57,714 nt of DNA from a virus (taxonomy: Duplodnaviria > Caudoviricetes): the IMG/VR virus record IMGVR_UViG_3300044806_000061, positions 1 through 57,714 of that record; one strand, given 5' to 3'. The notes beneath the pieces are model-generated. The model was not told the origin of the DNA, made no database searches, and worked only from the letters and a program-made list of their open reading frames with translations. Positions within the stretch are counted from its first letter, which is position 1. Every line of letters begins with the position of its first letter. Of the stretch, positions 35,672 to 44,707 are shown piece after piece. A program made the position numbers and the translations under genes.

Positions 35672-36300
35672 GACTTACCTCCAATTGGCATCGTAAGAGC
35701 TATCTCAACAGGATGGCGTTGCAATCTTTCGGAGAGCGCAACCTTTGTCACTCCAATTTCTCTCGCCCACTGAGCCACAGAAAGCTTCCGTCCATCGAAT
35801 GTCACAAGGCGATTGTTTCGCTTGTTATTGCATTGCTGTTCCTGGTTCGCCCAGCGACAGTTCTCCCTGTGGTAGCCATCGTTGTTGTCGATGCGATCCA
35901 GCGAATGCTTAGGAGGGCGCGGGCCCATATCGGCAAAAAATTGCTCAAACGTGTCCCACTCCTTGCAGACTGAGATTCCTCGACCTCCGTAGTGAGTCCA
36001 ATTTTTGGAATTGGGATTTCTACATCTTTCGCGCATACTGGTCCAAGTCCTGTACTCGGGCGTATTTCTCATACCGTGTGTCGTCTTGGACTTGCGAAAC
36101 GCGGACGACACGTCCCTTCGCAAACACCCACACGATTTTGTTTCGCCTTTGTTCAAGCGAGTGCTTGTGACATATGCGACCTCTCCACAGTCACATACGC
36201 ACCTCCATGTTGGTTGACGACCGGACCTTGCGTAGCCGTCGCGCTCCTTAACCAACAATCTGCCAAAACGCATTCCAGCGATGTCTTTCATTTTAGTCAT
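35668..36300 (-). CDS. HNH homing endonuclease
   Basis: G.RFGRL, W.C.CDCG, SCGC, YGGRGI.VC.EW, SLDRIDN..GY..ENCRWA. Confidence 0.9.
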   Translation of the reverse strand: MTKMKDIAGMRFGRLLVKERDGYARSGRQPTWRCVCDCGEVAYVTSTRLNKGETKSCGCLRRDVSSAFRKSKTTHGMRNTPEYRTWTSMRERCRNPNSKNWTHYGGRGISVCKEWDTFEQFFADMGPRPPKHSLDRIDNNDGYHRENCRWANQEQQCNNKRNNRLVTFDGRKLSVAQWAREIGVTKVALSERLQRHPVEIALTMPIGGKS

Positions 36301-37595
36301 TAGTTTTTGTCATCCCGAAAGCGTTTGAAGCGTGGATGACGGAGTGAACCATCAGGCGTGATCTCGTGGTATTCGACCTCTATGAGTCTGCCAATGAGTT
36401 CGTCCTTAGCTTCCCAGAACGATGCTCGTTGGCTGTCGCTAAGACCTGATCCGACGTTCACGCGCACTCCGTTGTGGTCGACAACCATTGCACCCAGTTG
36501 CCCCTCGTACTTGTTGGTGCCCTCTTCGACATCAACGATTCGAACATCAACGGACTCTTCGGCTTTGATCTTCATCCAGGCATGGTTACGCCTGCGGTGG
36601 TAGAGCCCGTCGGGGTCTTTGATGATGAGCCCTTCGAGCCCGCGAGCTTGGACATTCTTGTAGAGAAGATCTATCTCCTCCATGCTTGAAACGAGGTAGC
36701 GAGGAATCAGCTTCAGTTGTGGAAACTTGTTCGCAACATGACGAAAGAACGCCATCAGTGCCTCTCTGCGATCTTCATAAGTCTCACCCTCACCCTTCTT
36801 GTCTTCCCGCTTGAAAATGTCGCCATCGAGTATGTCGAACACATGAAACTCAGCATCCGTAGCTTGGGCGTCCTTACGACGAACTTCCGAAACTGTTTTG
36901 TTGAATGAGCCTGAGACGATTTCGCCGTCCAGTACAAAGTCCAGGAATCGATCCGCCTCTTCATTACCCATGCCCAGCTCTTTACGCCGAGAATGAGCGA
37001 CTTTAAGAATTGGCTCCTTTAAGTGTTCGAAGGTTGTGAACTCCTTACCGCTACGGCTACAGAAGTGAACGGTCTCCTCGTTTGTATTAACGAAGGCGAG
37101 TACGCGAACTCCATCTAGTTTTGGTTCTGCTACTTGCGGCCACTTCTTTATGCGCTTGGCGTCCAGTGGGTGAGCCAGCATGCAGTCGAAACTGGCCACG
37201 AGTCCTGGCATCACCTTGTTGACGGTGGACGACGAGAAGCCTGCTCGTAGGTCTTTGGAGATGATTCGCCAGAACAGCTCTTCTGATTGAGGAGTGAGTC
37301 TGCTCATTTCCGCAATGACTACAGCCTTCGCTTGAGCGCCTGAAAGTTCACGACTGGCTAACTTATCAAGGATGTCTCTCGTGTTGTCGTTGAACTGACC
37401 ATCGCCATTGACTGCTGGCTTTGGTCGCTTGGCCATGCCGTAAGTCCTGAACGGGTTGAGTGCCCGCTCGAGGACATCGCAGAACAATTCGGAACCACGC
37501 CCTGAAGCGATTAATGCCTCTTTATTGAGCTTTTCTGGCCTGACGGCGATCTGCTCGATCAGCTTAAATACATCATCGGAATTATTTATCATCAT
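36300..37595 (-). CDS. ATP-dependent DNA ligase
   Basis: EPKLDGVR, LDGE, FDI, EGLIIK, WMKIK, VGSG, LRHP.F. Confidence 0.93.
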   Translation of the reverse strand: MMINNSDDVFKLIEQIAVRPEKLNKEALIASGRGSELFCDVLERALNPFRTYGMAKRPKPAVNGDGQFNDNTRDILDKLASRELSGAQAKAVVIAEMSRLTPQSEELFWRIISKDLRAGFSSSTVNKVMPGLVASFDCMLAHPLDAKRIKKWPQVAEPKLDGVRVLAFVNTNEETVHFCSRSGKEFTTFEHLKEPILKVAHSRRKELGMGNEEADRFLDFVLDGEIVSGSFNKTVSEVRRKDAQATDAEFHVFDILDGDIFKREDKKGEGETYEDRREALMAFFRHVANKFPQLKLIPRYLVSSMEEIDLLYKNVQARGLEGLIIKDPDGLYHRRRNHAWMKIKAEESVDVRIVDVEEGTNKYEGQLGAMVVDHNGVRVNVGSGLSDSQRASFWEAKDELIGRLIEVEYHEITPDGSLRHPRFKRFRDDKN

Positions 37596-37893
37596 CGTTT
37601 TCTAGTAAGGCGAACTCTTGGTATAAGGCATCCACAAAGCCGTCCATCATTCCAACGGATTTCTGAATTGCGTCTTTGACTTCCTCGACTGTCTTGCCAG
37701 TGTCATAGCCTGATGCTGATAATAACTGGACAAAAGTTGTCAATGAAGCTGTAATCAAGGCGCCCATGTGAAAGCCTGTGTCTTTCATTTCCATTGATGT
37801 AAGGTTGTATGCCCTTACCGCATGCTTGATTTGCTCCTGCATGTCGCTGATAAACTTCTCTTGATCTTTGGATGGTAATAATTGTTCACTCAT
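37582..37893 (-). CDS. hypothetical protein
   Basis: ORF with RBS. Confidence 0.6.
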   Translation of the reverse strand: MSEQLLPSKDQEKFISDMQEQIKHAVRAYNLTSMEMKDTGFHMGALITASLTTFVQLLSASGYDTGKTVEEVKDAIQKSVGMMDGFVDALYQEFALLENDDDK

Positions 37894-37896
37894 GAC

Positions 37897-38490
37897 TTAC
37901 TCCTGTGGTTGTGATTTATTGAACTGCTGACGAGCCAAGTCCATAAGACTCGGTGCTTTCTTTTCTACGAGTGTTGATTCCTTAATGGCCGCATTGATAG
38001 CGTCCGCGTAATCGCCTGTACCGCTCATCAAGTCAATCTCAGGCTTTGTTACGCTAGTGATCTTTGCTGTAGCTGGTGCTGGGACTGGTGCTGGCTTAGT
38101 AGATGTGAGCGGAGCTTGATTGAATCGAGGCTTAGGCGCTGGCCGAGCCGGTTGCAGGGCTGAGAGTTGAACCTTGTATCGGCGTTGCATCTCCGCTTGC
38201 AAAAGGTCACGATCTACATAGTGCAAAGCCTTGCCCGCTTTGCGCTCTTCTTCCCGCATTGCGAGTGAAGGGCAAGTCTTATTCAGAATGGCTTTCTCAC
38301 AGCTCTCAAAGCCTGGTACAGACCCGTCACGCTCTACCGCCGCAATCTTGTGCAGACAAATGCAATAGCCAGGGCGCCAACCCACGATCTCGCAATGAAC
38401 GGAATATGCGTTAGTGCCACCCATTGATTTCTCAGGTGGGTAGTCGGGCTGTTGACTTCGAGCGACTTCTTCGGGTGTTAGATGATCCAT
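37897..38490 (-). CDS. hypothetical protein with Cys-rich N-terminus
   Basis: GGAGG RBS; S.GG.NAY...C.....Y..CL motif. Confidence 0.65.
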   Translation of the reverse strand: MDHLTPEEVARSQQPDYPPEKSMGGTNAYSVHCEIVGWRPGYCICLHKIAAVERDGSVPGFESCEKAILNKTCPSLAMREEERKAGKALHYVDRDLLQAEMQRRYKVQLSALQPARPAPKPRFNQAPLTSTKPAPVPAPATAKITSVTKPEIDLMSGTGDYADAINAAIKESTLVEKKAPSLMDLARQQFNKSQPQE

Positions 38491-38560
38491 ACGTCCTCCA
38501 AAATGAATTGCATAAGTGCTTAATTCAGTAATTACTTATTGTATCGAGTGATGCAAGGGA

Positions 38561-39043
38561 TTACCAGCTTCCCCACTCTTCTCCCCTTACAGGTTCAGGC
38601 ACAACTGCGGGCTCTTCCGAAATGATGTCGTCTGCTTCATCCATGACTGCGGTATCCATGTGGGCGCCCATCTCCAATCCCAACTGATGCATGATGCCGG
38701 CAAGTACGGCGTAATTATCAAAATGGCTCTTAAGTGCTTTCTCTATCGTGCTTGGCAAGAAGGTGGTTGCACCAGCATGCAATCCCCAATCAAGTGGAGT
38801 TCTTGCGTATCCGCGCCCTTCCTTCTGATGAATGATCTTGTCTGCGGCGGCACTGCACGCTCTCTGCCCTAGATACGGCTCAATCTTGTGCTCACCTCCG
38901 CCAAATCTTGCAGTGACCTTGCCCCATCGTTTGACAAGGAGAAAGCGATTCTGGTCAGGATGCCAAATCTCCATAACCTCATAGAACTTGGTTCCGCTTT
39001 CGTGCAGATAGTATTTAGGTGTAATGTGAATAGGATCACTCAT
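38561..39043 (-). CDS. WGR-like domain protein
   Basis: KFYE.....RWGK....K..GY pattern; ends EWGSW. Confidence 0.55.
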   Translation of the reverse strand: MSDPIHITPKYYLHESGTKFYEVMEIWHPDQNRFLLVKRWGKVTARFGGGEHKIEPYLGQRACSAAADKIIHQKEGRGYARTPLDWGLHAGATTFLPSTIEKALKSHFDNYAVLAGIMHQLGLEMGAHMDTAVMDEADDIISEEPAVVPEPVRGEEWGSW

Positions 39044-39084
39044 AGTCGTTCTCACTTCATGCATAGATTTGTTTTCATGCTTTC

Positions 39085-39113
39085 ATAATAAGTATTGAAT
39101 ACTGGGCTTACAA
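39085..39113 (-). promoter_or_regulatory. promoter TTGTAA-GC-CCAGTA-N9-TATTAT
   Basis: same architecture as the CCTGTA promoters. Confidence 0.55.
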
Positions 39114-39119
39114 GCAGTC

Positions 39120-40217
39120 CTATGCACATGCCCTGCTCTTGAGCATCTTCAGCCTGGTCGCTATCGCTGGAGTAACAACCTCTGCTTTCCAGAACGCTTC
39201 CCTAACCACGTTAGGCGCAACCTCATTGGGGTCTTTGTCTTTCGGCAGTAAGGCGATGCGAGCCACCAGGCCGATGGATTTGACCATCAGGGCGGCATCT
39301 ACGGCATCTTCGATGGCTCGGTCTTCGCCGTCCCACATGAAAGTGACTTGTTTCAGCCCCGTACTTTTCAGCTCCATCAGCTTTGCAAGTTGGCTCTCTT
39401 GATCGCCTGCTGAGAGGTGCTTTCCAAATGAGCCCACTGGTACAACGTCCCGTAGGTTCATTTCGGCATCCAAAGCGATCTTGATAGCCATCACGTCAAA
39501 CACACCCTCACCGACAACTATCCGTTCAGCGCCAACGGCATTCTGGGCGTTATATAGGATTGACCCCGTAGATGAGAATCCAGGCGGAAACAGGTATTTC
39601 TTGTCTGCCGTACCCGTGATGTCTCGCCCTTGAAAGCTCACAAGCTCACCCTTCAAATCGAAGATCGGAATGATTACTCGGTCTGAGTAATCTTGAAATC
39701 GTTTGTGACCATCCACATCAGTGAACTCGAACTTGCCGTGCTTACTGAACTTTAGATGGAAGTACGTTGCAACGTCAGAAGTAATGTTGCGATTGTCCAA
39801 GTACTTGAGATTGCGACCCTTATACGGCAGGTCGATGGCTTCGGGAATCTTCAGCTCGTCTTTGCCCATGTTCACAGGTATCGCTTCACGTCTGGCTGGT
39901 CGCCAGCCCATCTCTGCGGCCACTTGCTTGACATGCTCTACGGCATCTTTATTCGAAACGCCGCCGAGTGATGCCTTGATAAACTTCCATTTATTGAACT
40001 TCTCTTCGCAATCACCGTGAAAGCAGTTGCCCAATCCTGAGTCGGCATTGATGTAGACCTTCCAGTTGGAGTTGCCACAGCAAGGGCATTCCTTGATGTT
40101 GAGCTGAGTACCTCTAGCGCCTCGAGTGACTTTGTACTTGACGCCTTCTCTGTCAAGCCAGGACTCCATGTCGATTAGCTCTAACGCCTCGCCCAGTTCT
40201 TCATTCTTTTCTCTCAT
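39120..40217 (-). CDS. DNA primase (zinc-binding + TOPRIM)
   Basis: CPCC...CFHGDC; R.I.P....G..V.FQGR; GEGVFD; WDGE; KDPNE. Confidence 0.9.
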   Translation of the reverse strand: MREKNEELGEALELIDMESWLDREGVKYKVTRGARGTQLNIKECPCCGNSNWKVYINADSGLGNCFHGDCEEKFNKWKFIKASLGGVSNKDAVEHVKQVAAEMGWRPARREAIPVNMGKDELKIPEAIDLPYKGRNLKYLDNRNITSDVATYFHLKFSKHGKFEFTDVDGHKRFQDYSDRVIIPIFDLKGELVSFQGRDITGTADKKYLFPPGFSSTGSILYNAQNAVGAERIVVGEGVFDVMAIKIALDAEMNLRDVVPVGSFGKHLSAGDQESQLAKLMELKSTGLKQVTFMWDGEDRAIEDAVDAALMVKSIGLVARIALLPKDKDPNEVAPNVVREAFWKAEVVTPAIATRLKMLKSRACA

Positions 40218-40417
40218 AGCAAATTCGCCCCGATACCCAATAAGTACATCGCTACAGCAACACCCTCCACCAATATGAGTGGCCAGTCTCTAGCGACTAT
40301 CCCTGCGTAAGTCCAACATGCGCTACCGATCATTCCAAACCAAAGATTGATAGGGAAGATGTTCCAACTGGTAAGTGCAATACCAATCAGACAGAGAATA
40401 GTTCCTGTCCACTTCAC
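40214..40417 (-). CDS. small membrane protein
   Basis: three hydrophobic segments. Confidence 0.65.
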   Translation of the reverse strand: MKWTGTILCLIGIALTSWNIFPINLWFGMIGSACWTYAGIVARDWPLILVEGVAVAMYLLGIGANLL

Positions 40418-40626
40418 TCTTTAGGAGCCTCAAGCTCTTCGAGCCGATCTTCTTGTTTGCGGAGCATTTCGATCGCTAGTTTGATGTCGTCATACATCTT
40501 TGGCGCCATAGGGTTGCCGTATCTATCTTCAAGTCTCTGTGCTAGTTCTCTTCCGTTCATTTCTTCTTTCCATTTCCAAAGGTTATTCCAATTAGGTAGG
40601 TGTAGTGGTGGGCATTTCCAAACCAT
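40414..40626 (-). CDS. small protein with MN..ELA / EMLR motif blocks
   Basis: ORF. Confidence 0.55.
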   Translation of the reverse strand: MVWKCPPLHLPNWNNLWKWKEEMNGRELAQRLEDRYGNPMAPKMYDDIKLAIEMLRKQEDRLEELEAPKE

Positions 40627-40627
40627 T

Positions 40628-40798
40628 TCATGCTCTCACCTTTAACTCTGCCTTCAGCTTCTCGTTCTCCGCGTATAGCTCTCTTAGCATTTCAGCCGTA
40701 GCATTGAGGTGCGGTATTAATTCAGAGATTGGGTAAGACTTACGCCGTACATCCTCAACTACTCTTCGTGAATGGTTTGCTAAATCGAGAGCGTTCAT
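40628..40798 (-). CDS. small protein, 56 aa (MNALDLAN...AEMLRELYAENEKLK)
   Basis: hand translation; ATGA overlap. Confidence 0.6.
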   Translation of the reverse strand: MNALDLANHSRRVVEDVRRKSYPISELIPHLNATAEMLRELYAENEKLKAELKVRA

Positions 40799-41028
40799 AG
40801 CTTCCCCGCCTCGATCATTGCGTCTGCAATTCGATATGCCTGGTTTGCTATGCGCCCTATGCCCATTGTTAAAATCTCCGGGTTTGTCAGTAGTGACTGC
40901 ATCGCTTTGGCCGCAAAGTAGTCCCGTAAAGACATGCCTGCGTGGTAGGTCTCTCGAACTCCGATTACGCCAAATTTACCCTTGTTAATTGGCTCTGAGC
41001 AACTGCTGGGGAATGCTTTTGCGTTCAT
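40795..41028 (-). CDS. conserved small phage protein (AFP...GMSLRDYFAAKAMQ...AY..ADAM)
   Basis: widespread phage motif; start moved to MNAKAFP. Confidence 0.75.
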   Translation of the reverse strand: MNAKAFPSSCSEPINKGKFGVIGVRETYHAGMSLRDYFAAKAMQSLLTNPEILTMGIGRIANQAYRIADAMIEAGKL

Positions 41029-41189
41029 ATTCCTATACACCTTTCTATTTGTATTCGCTCAATCACTTTTAACTTCTCAATATCCGTCATCTTTGACCAA
41101 GCGCCGATTTCGTCTCGCGTTCTTTGACAACCCCTACACACATCGAAGAAGTCCAGCGTGCATATTTCTGTACATGGCGATTCAACCAT
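41025..41189 (-). CDS. DUF1289-like Cys-rich protein
   Basis: SPC..IC.L....C.GC.RT.DEI..W. Confidence 0.75.
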   Translation of the reverse strand: MVESPCTEICTLDFFDVCRGCQRTRDEIGAWSKMTDIEKLKVIERIQIERCIGI

Positions 41190-41379
41190 TTGTCTTACCC
41201 TTTCTGAGTAAGTCATCAATGATGTATCTCTCCAAGTCGAAGATTCGCGCCCTTGCTTCAGCCAAAGCCTTTCTGCTTCTCATGAGTTCTTCCTCAAACT
41301 TTCCCGAGCGGGAATATTCGAGAGATTCTGCATAGTTATTAAGCGATTCTTCCCGTTCGGGGTATTTTGTACTCATCAT
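41182..41379 (-). CDS. hypothetical protein
   Basis: ORF with overlaps. Confidence 0.5.
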   Translation of the reverse strand: MMSTKYPEREESLNNYAESLEYSRSGKFEEELMRSRKALAEARARIFDLERYIIDDLLRKGKTNG

Positions 41380-42779
41380 TCAACCCTTAATATTGATTCG
41401 ATAAACTTCATCTTTGAAAGATCCTGTTTGATGAAGATCGTGAAGCCTGACTCCTGGTTTCGTGATGCGGCGAAGTACAACCTTGCCTCACCTCGAGACC
41501 GCTCCTCATCGGTAACGTTAATGGAGATCATCAAGTCAACAGTACGAACTTTGTTGAAGTCCTCTGCGACGTGCTCTGCTTTTGCAACCGTAGCCTTATA
41601 GCCTTCACGATTGGTCTGTGTAGCTGTCAGCATGGCCACGTCTTCTTGAGTAGCGATGGCTCGCAAGTCGACGTAAACCGACTTGGAGTTCTCGATCACA
41701 TCGTTGTAGCGGAAGTTAGGCGCCATGATGTCGGCGTAGTCAACCACTACTAGATCAAACTTGACCCCCTTGCCTCGGTATCGCTCCAGCAATGCCCTAA
41801 GCATGTTGGGCGTAAAGGTTCCGCTTGGGTACTCATGGATCACCAGCTCGCCTGAGCGTTCTTCTAAAGCCTCAACCTTCGCCTTGACATCGTGGATGTG
41901 CTTGCCCAGCTCCTTAATCATCGTGTCCGAGATAGATGCATCAAGACGTTCGGCAATGATTCGTGCCGATACCTCTAGCGTCACATAGAGCGTGTTGTAA
42001 CCCTTCAAGGATGCGGCCTTTGCGAACCCAATGAGTGCGGTGGTCTTACCTGACTTAGCTCCGCCCATGATGCTAACCAGCTCTCGTCTGCCCCAACCTC
42101 GGTGGTAGAGAATCTCGTCCAGCTTGATGTTTCCGCTAGTGACACCTCGAGGCGGTTTAACCCCAGAAGCCTCGTCTAAGCGTTCGCTCGTTCGGCTTGC
42201 GATGTTCTCGAAGTAGTTGTAGGCATCGCCGTCTTCATTGATGCCGATCTCGATAGCGTTCTTGATGTCCTTCTCGATCTTGTCGAACTTCTTTTGGTCG
42301 ATCAGATCAACCGCACGAAGGATGGCCTGGCTGACCGCCTGGTGACGGGCGAACTCTGCAACCTTCTCCTCGATGAACTCTCGATCTCCGATGTTGGCTT
42401 TAATCGCCGCCTTGAAAGCATCCTTGACTAAATCAATGATGTCTTTCCTGATGACCTTGCTTACGATCTGCTCTTTAATAAGCGTTGCGTAGATACCGAT
42501 GTCAGGAACATGCTTGTATTTCTCGTAATACTTGACAGCGATATTGACGAGGCTTGCTTCCCCTGCATTTTCAAAGAATTCAGGCTTGACAAGATGAGCC
42601 GCCCTACGCATGAACTCGTTGTCCCGCAAAGCTAAAGCCGTGATTCGGGACTGGAACTCTGCATCGAACTCGAACTTGGCATCACCCTCTGATGTTGTTT
42701 CAGGGGGTTCGCCTGTGTACGCTTCACCAATCATTGTTGCGACGGTACTCTCCGTCGCTTCTAATAACTTATCTTCCAT
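41376..42779 (-). CDS. DnaB-like replicative helicase
   Basis: GGAKSGKT, TLE, VVDYAD, TATQTNR, AEDF.K. Confidence 0.92.
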   Translation of the reverse strand: MEDKLLEATESTVATMIGEAYTGEPPETTSEGDAKFEFDAEFQSRITALALRDNEFMRRAAHLVKPEFFENAGEASLVNIAVKYYEKYKHVPDIGIYATLIKEQIVSKVIRKDIIDLVKDAFKAAIKANIGDREFIEEKVAEFARHQAVSQAILRAVDLIDQKKFDKIEKDIKNAIEIGINEDGDAYNYFENIASRTSERLDEASGVKPPRGVTSGNIKLDEILYHRGWGRRELVSIMGGAKSGKTTALIGFAKAASLKGYNTLYVTLEVSARIIAERLDASISDTMIKELGKHIHDVKAKVEALEERSGELVIHEYPSGTFTPNMLRALLERYRGKGVKFDLVVVDYADIMAPNFRYNDVIENSKSVYVDLRAIATQEDVAMLTATQTNREGYKATVAKAEHVAEDFNKVRTVDLMISINVTDEERSRGEARLYFAASRNQESGFTIFIKQDLSKMKFIESILRVE

Positions 42780-42782
42780 CGC

Positions 42783-43079
42783 TTACTCCGCAGATGGTTG
42801 ATTTTCAGGAGCCATCCAGAACTTTTTGATTGCGTGTTTGAAGATCACATAAACCTGATAACGCTTTGTTTCCGAGTCAGTGACCTTTAGCGAGATTGTG
42901 TACTTGTCAGAATGCTTGATTGTTCCAATGAGAAGCTCGTCAGTGTCGAGTTCTTGGATCGTAACCACTGAACCAGCAGTTTCAAGGGACTTTAGAAATG
43001 CCTCATGACCCTTTGGTGCGCCTACAGGTTTAGGTGCTGTGCGCTTGTTTATGCTGATGGTTTCTTTAATACCGGACAT
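42783..43079 (-). CDS. Hfq-like (Sm-fold) RNA chaperone
   Basis: FL..L.....V.I......L.G.I...DKYTI.L ... VIFKHAI matches Hfq Sm1 and Sm2 (Y/F)KHAI; GAGGAGG RBS. Confidence 0.75.
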   Translation of the reverse strand: MSGIKETISINKRTAPKPVGAPKGHEAFLKSLETAGSVVTIQELDTDELLIGTIKHSDKYTISLKVTDSETKRYQVYVIFKHAIKKFWMAPENQPSAE

Positions 43080-43124
43080 AGTGTCCTCCTCTTAGTGGTT
43101 GGTGATAAGTTGACCTACATTGTC

Positions 43125-43144
43125 ATTATAGCTCAGTGATGACT
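43125..43144 (-). promoter_or_regulatory. operator (GCTCA-GTGA-TGACT) adjoining -10 TATAAT upstream of the hfq-like gene
   Basis: minus strand AGTCATCACTGAGCTATAAT. Confidence 0.6.
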
Positions 43145-43869
43145 TAATTAGATGCTGAATACTCAAGTGCCCTATCAATGACCCTCGCGTCGAATTGGCG
43201 AATGACCTCCTCAATGCGTACTGCTTCTTCTATGTACAGCGACGCTTGTAACGAGTAATGAGGGTGTTGCCGTGTCTTGATTTGATCGATGATGTATTTT
43301 TCGTAGGCAATCTGATCTACATGACCAAAGAAGTTGGATGTCTTGTATCGGGTGTCTTTGCAGAACTGGATCTTGGCTTTGATCTCCTCTTCCCAGGCAA
43401 GCATGACCGCCACCGTCATTTCATCGTCAGCTCTGAGGTGACTAGGGCGCGGCGGTTGGAGCCAGCCATTGCTGATGCAGTAGTTCATGGCGTGCCGTAG
43501 GTAGAAGTCGTAGCGGATTCCCAGAGAGTCGATATGTTGCCGTAACCTCCAGAATGAGAGTCGCTCTCGAGTCTCCATGAAGTCCATGCCTTTAAAGCCC
43601 TTCATGTACTTGCCCGTCTCGCCATCTTTCATGACTGAGATTGCGTTGCCGTAGGCTTTGTTGTACAGGTGAGCTAATAGATATGTTGCCTTTGTCGGAT
43701 GCATTCTGCGGTAGTCGAACCACCTTTTACTCATCAACTCCGCTTCACTCTTTAAGAGCGAGGAAGGGATGTGCTGAATGGCTAGTCTCTCCGCGTGCAA
43801 GAACTCAAGGTCGTGCCCGTAGAAGTAGCCTAGCCAATCTGCTGGGGATGTTGATGAAAGTAGGGACAT
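43144..43869 (-). CDS. conserved hypothetical replication-region protein
   Basis: 241-aa ORF; WFDYR.MHP..AT motif. Confidence 0.7.
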   Translation of the reverse strand: MSLLSSTSPADWLGYFYGHDLEFLHAERLAIQHIPSSLLKSEAELMSKRWFDYRRMHPTKATYLLAHLYNKAYGNAISVMKDGETGKYMKGFKGMDFMETRERLSFWRLRQHIDSLGIRYDFYLRHAMNYCISNGWLQPPRPSHLRADDEMTVAVMLAWEEEIKAKIQFCKDTRYKTSNFFGHVDQIAYEKYIIDQIKTRQHPHYSLQASLYIEEAVRIEEVIRQFDARVIDRALEYSASN

Positions 43870-43960
43870 TCCGCTCCGATGTTAATAAGTAACTTGTGAA
43901 TTATACAAAACATTAATACTTAATATACGTGGGACGGAATTTCCCCGATGCTTTTCCCAA

Positions 43961-44689
43961 TCAGTGATCTCGGATCTCGTTTTCGTATCGACACAGCCAC
44001 CCTTTATGATATTTCCTTCTTCCACATGCCATTCCCGACATGTGGCCCTGTGAGAGGTTGTTCTCGCGGCAGAACTTTGACATATTTCTAACTCGCAATT
44101 CTTCACCGTCAGGCGTGGTGACGATGTACCAAGTTTTTGCTCTGGCGTCTGCCGCTTTGAAATAATAATCAGGGTCTAGCAAGCGAGCTTCAAAAAGATT
44201 CTTAATACTGTTCTCATGTACCGGCGCCGCCTTATGACTTTCACTCATCTTTTTTCTAGTCTCTTCAGATGCCCTGCGTCCTGTTATTTTCTGAGCATGA
44301 AGTTCCGCCCTTCTCCTCTTTTCATCCTCCGACAATGCCGCATATTTTGATTTGGTATTTTGCCCGATCTTTTGCTTTACGTCCTCTGGCATTACAAAGC
44401 CTTGTGCGGAGCGAGCTTTTCTCAAAATATTGTAATAGGGTCTTGTAGCATCCATCCAGAACTGTTCTCTATCTTCCAGGCTTTCAGGCGTGCATTCTTC
44501 TAAAACATGAAAGCTGAAGTCTAACTCGCCGTATTTGTTCCATGATCGCTGAAGTTTAGAGTTGTGGTGGGAGCCATTTTTCAAATTCCAAAAGTGCGAC
44601 CTTTTTCTGGCGATAAGTGATTTGGCACTACCGACGTAGTGCCTGCCACTTGATAAATGAAGTATGTAGTATATGCCTGAGTTGTTCAC
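43961..44689 (-). CDS. GIY-YIG homing endonuclease with NUMOD3-like repeats
   Basis: SGIY...YVGS...R...H...L....H.N..LQ; YN; SEETRKKMS. Confidence 0.9.
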   Translation of the reverse strand: MNNSGIYYILHLSSGRHYVGSAKSLIARKRSHFWNLKNGSHHNSKLQRSWNKYGELDFSFHVLEECTPESLEDREQFWMDATRPYYNILRKARSAQGFVMPEDVKQKIGQNTKSKYAALSEDEKRRRAELHAQKITGRRASEETRKKMSESHKAAPVHENSIKNLFEARLLDPDYYFKAADARAKTWYIVTTPDGEELRVRNMSKFCRENNLSQGHMSGMACGRRKYHKGWLCRYENEIRDH

Positions 44690-44707
44690 CCATACATTAT
44701 ACTAACT

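Noticed and set aside
35666-37897. AGTCATGACT (35666) and ACTCATGACT (37888) as operator copies
   Set aside because: They lack the 4-nt spacer and coincide with start codons; not counted.
13030-42779. Inteins or group I introns in nrdJ, recA, dnaE or dnaB
   Set aside because: The ORFs are continuous, of ordinary length and without intein termini; the homing endonucleases are free-standing.
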